Below, one piece after another: positions 61,668-64,000 of a DNA stretch of 64,000 bases. The notes beneath the pieces are model-generated. The model was not told the origin of the DNA. It was given only the letters and a program-made list of their open reading frames with translations, and did no database searches. The DNA is taken from the NCBI GenBank assembly GCA_049510745.1, contig JBEKYR010000008.1, positions 128,001-192,000 on the forward strand, given 5' to 3'. Each line of letters begins with the position of its first letter. The stretch's first letter is position 1. This DNA is from Verrucomicrobiota bacterium (GTDB taxonomy: Bacteria > Verrucomicrobiota > Verrucomicrobiia > Limisphaerales > Palsa-1400). A program made the translations under genes and the position numbers.

Positions 61668-63119
61668 ATGCAAACGCATAATCAAAAACGGATCAACACG
61701 TCGCCAAGAATTGGGGCGGACGGAAGCAAATCAGGATGCAATGCCGCCATGGCGGCGGCCAGCCTGACTGTTCTTGGCCTGCTGCTCGGAGGCTGCAAAG
61801 GTGTTCAGCAGCCCGGCGAGCAACAGGCCCGCGGCGATCTGGCGTCAGTCGCCCGTCTGTATCGGCCACAGGGCGAGCGCCCGGCATTGCCCTCGCTGAC
61901 CACGAACGCAGCGTTGGGAGATTTCCTAGCCTACGCCATGCTCAAACAGCCGCAGATTGAAGCCGCTTACTTCGATTGGGCGGGTTCCGTGGAAAACATC
62001 ACCGTCGAGCGCTCGCTGCCGGACCCGCAGTTGACTTTCCAGATGGACATCGCCGACATCGTCACGTCGGTGATGCCCGGTTTTATGCAGCAATTTCCCG
62101 GCCCTGGGAAACTCCGGTTGCAGGCCAAAGCGGCGTCGGCCGAAAGTCAGGCCCGCTACTTCGATTTTGAAAACGCGGTGCTGCAAGCCGCTTTCGCGGT
62201 CAAGCGCGCCTATTACCAGCTCTGGTTTCTGGACGAGAAAATCCGCATCAACCGCGAGATGCTGCGCCTGCTCTCGGAATTGGAGCAGAGCGCGCGGGGA
62301 CAGAACGCCGTGGGCAAAGTCACGTTGCAGGATGTCTATCGCGCGCAAATCGAGCAGGACCGGCTGGCGACCGAGATCGCAAACCTGGAGGACTCGCGCC
62401 TTCCGCTGCTGGCCGAGTTCAAGGCGGCGTTGGGAATGACGCGCGAGCAGCCCGACCCGCCGGCGCCCGGCCAATTTGAAGCCGCCACGCTCGACCTGCC
62501 GCCGGAGCAGCTTTTGGCGGCGGCCTTCGAGCGCAATCCCCGGCTGAAAGCGATGGAAGCCGGCGTGCGCCGTGCTCAAGCCTCGCTGGACCTCGCTTAC
62601 AAGGCGAAGGTGCCCGATTTCAGTCTGGGCCTCATGGCCGATGCGAAGATGGCGCCGGTTCTTTATCGGCCGCTGGCGGGCGCAACCTTGCCGATCTGGC
62701 GCGACAAGATAGCCGCGGAGATGGCCGGGGCGCAGGCGGGCCAGCGCTCCGCCGAGGCCCGGCTCGCCAACGAACAGATCGCGCTCGCGGTGGATTTCGC
62801 TGAAAAAAGCTATGACTACCGGGAGATCAGCCGCAACCTTGCCTTGTTGCAGCGGCAACTCATCCCCAAGGCGCGGATGTCCCTGGAGATTGCGCGCTCG
62901 GGCTATCTGTCGGGCCAGATTGATTTCTTCAACCTGATAGACGCGGAACGAACGCTGCTGGAATTCCGCCTCTCGGAAGTCCAGGAGCGAACCCAGCGGG
63001 AACTGGTGGTGGCCGACCTTTCCTTGCTGATCGCCGGCGTGCCCCCGGCCAACGCGCCTTTGCTCGCTCCTTCCGCCGACGCTCCCGTTGCGGCGCCAAA
63101 ACCTGCCCATGCCAAATGA
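61668..63119 (+). CDS. TolC-family outer membrane efflux lipoprotein
   Basis: LLGGC lipobox, SLPDPQL, FPGPGK, NPRL, TLPIW, YLSGQIDF. Confidence 0.88.
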   Translation: MQTHNQKRINTSPRIGADGSKSGCNAAMAAASLTVLGLLLGGCKGVQQPGEQQARGDLASVARLYRPQGERPALPSLTTNAALGDFLAYAMLKQPQIEAAYFDWAGSVENITVERSLPDPQLTFQMDIADIVTSVMPGFMQQFPGPGKLRLQAKAASAESQARYFDFENAVLQAAFAVKRAYYQLWFLDEKIRINREMLRLLSELEQSARGQNAVGKVTLQDVYRAQIEQDRLATEIANLEDSRLPLLAEFKAALGMTREQPDPPAPGQFEAATLDLPPEQLLAAAFERNPRLKAMEAGVRRAQASLDLAYKAKVPDFSLGLMADAKMAPVLYRPLAGATLPIWRDKIAAEMAGAQAGQRSAEARLANEQIALAVDFAEKSYDYREISRNLALLQRQLIPKARMSLEIARSGYLSGQIDFFNLIDAERTLLEFRLSEVQERTQRELVVADLSLLIAGVPPANAPLLAPSADAPVAAPKPAHAK

Positions 63120-64000
63120 AACACTCCAATTTTGATATGTCCGCCGGGAAAAACATCGTCCTCTTGTTTCTCGCCGCCACGGTCGCCGCCGGGGCGTTCA
63201 TGGCCGGCTGCTCCAAAAGCCGGGAGAACGGCGGCGCGGCACAAGCGGCAAAAACACTCTACACGTGCGGCATGCACCCGCAGGTGATTCAGGACCATCC
63301 CGGCAATTGCCCGATCTGCGGCATGAAGCTCACGCCGATTCGCAAACAAGCCGGCGTCGAAAACGCCGCCGCCAGCGCGGGCGCCCAGCCCGGCGAACGC
63401 AAAATCAAATACTACAAATCCACCATGATGCCGGGCGAAGCGCGGCCAACGCCGGGCAAGGACAGCATGGGCATGGACATGGTTCCCGTGTATGAAGACG
63501 AAGCCGCCGCCGAGTCGCAGACCATCGCCATTGACCCTGTGACGATTCAGAACATGGGCATCCGCACCGCCGCCGTCGCGCGCGGGCCGTTGCGCCGGAG
63601 CATCCGCACCGTTGGGGTCATTGATTACAACGAGACGACGCTGGGCGACGTGACCACCAAATTCAAGGGCTGGGCTGAAAAGCTTTACGTCAATGCCACG
63701 GGCCAGTTGGTCATGCGCGGCGACCCGCTGTTTGAAATTTATTCGCCCGAACTTTACAGCGCACAGGTCGAGTATCTGCTGGCGGCCGGTTCGCCCGCGA
63801 ACGCCGCGCCCGGCGCGGAAGGCATCCGCGCCAGCGCCCTCACCAAGCTCAAGTTCTTCGACATCTCCGATGAACAAATCGCCGAGTTGGAGCGCACCCG
63901 GCAGCCGCGGAAAACCCTGCGCATCCTGGCGCCGCAGGACGGCTTCGTCGTCGAAAAAAATGTCGTCGAAGGCCAGATGGTGGACTCGGGCATGAAGATT
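63116..64000 (+). CDS. Heavy-metal RND periplasmic adaptor (CusB-like), truncated by window edge
   Basis: Manual translation from ATG 63116: YTCGMHP...CPICGMKL, YYKSTMMP...PGKDSMGMDMVP, GWAEKLYV, IYSPEL. Confidence 0.88.
   Translation, partial: MKHSNFDMSAGKNIVLLFLAATVAAGAFMAGCSKSRENGGAAQAAKTLYTCGMHPQVIQDHPGNCPICGMKLTPIRKQAGVENAAASAGAQPGERKIKYYKSTMMPGEARPTPGKDSMGMDMVPVYEDEAAAESQTIAIDPVTIQNMGIRTAAVARGPLRRSIRTVGVIDYNETTLGDVTTKFKGWAEKLYVNATGQLVMRGDPLFEIYSPELYSAQVEYLLAAGSPANAAPGAEGIRASALTKLKFFDISDEQIAELERTRQPRKTLRILAPQDGFVVEKNVVEGQMVDSGMKI

Overview
High-GC bacterial chromosomal window. Gene content, Ig-rich 'TN'-laden surface proteins and intergenic repeat style suggest Verrucomicrobiota (Pedosphaera/Limisphaerales-like; inference). 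Housekeeping genes: rpsU, parC-type topoisomerase, dnaE, coaC-like, hpnD, ffh, prfB with a programmed +1 frameshift, trpC, malQ, tRNA-Tyr(GTA) and tRNA-Arg(CCT). Metabolism: a 10-gene methylmalonyl-CoA/transcarboxylase (Wood-Werkman-like) propionate operon. The right end holds an ECF-sigma-linked heavy-metal RND efflux locus. Accessory content: VapBC, a nucleotidyltransferase/small-partner module (one intact copy, one truncated), an HD-phosphohydrolase + YwgA-family cassette inserted behind ffh, a 1504-aa repeat protein next to tRNA-Tyr, two tandem giant Gly-rich Ig proteins and an IS1-family remnant. Non-coding repeats include an unrecognised ~600-bp element in two diverged copies, a 167-bp TIR-bounded MITE carrying a promoter, a 150-bp REP-containing MITE in two copies, and paired inverted micro-tandem repeats. 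No CRISPR array or rRNA seen. All family calls are from motif recognition, not database searches.
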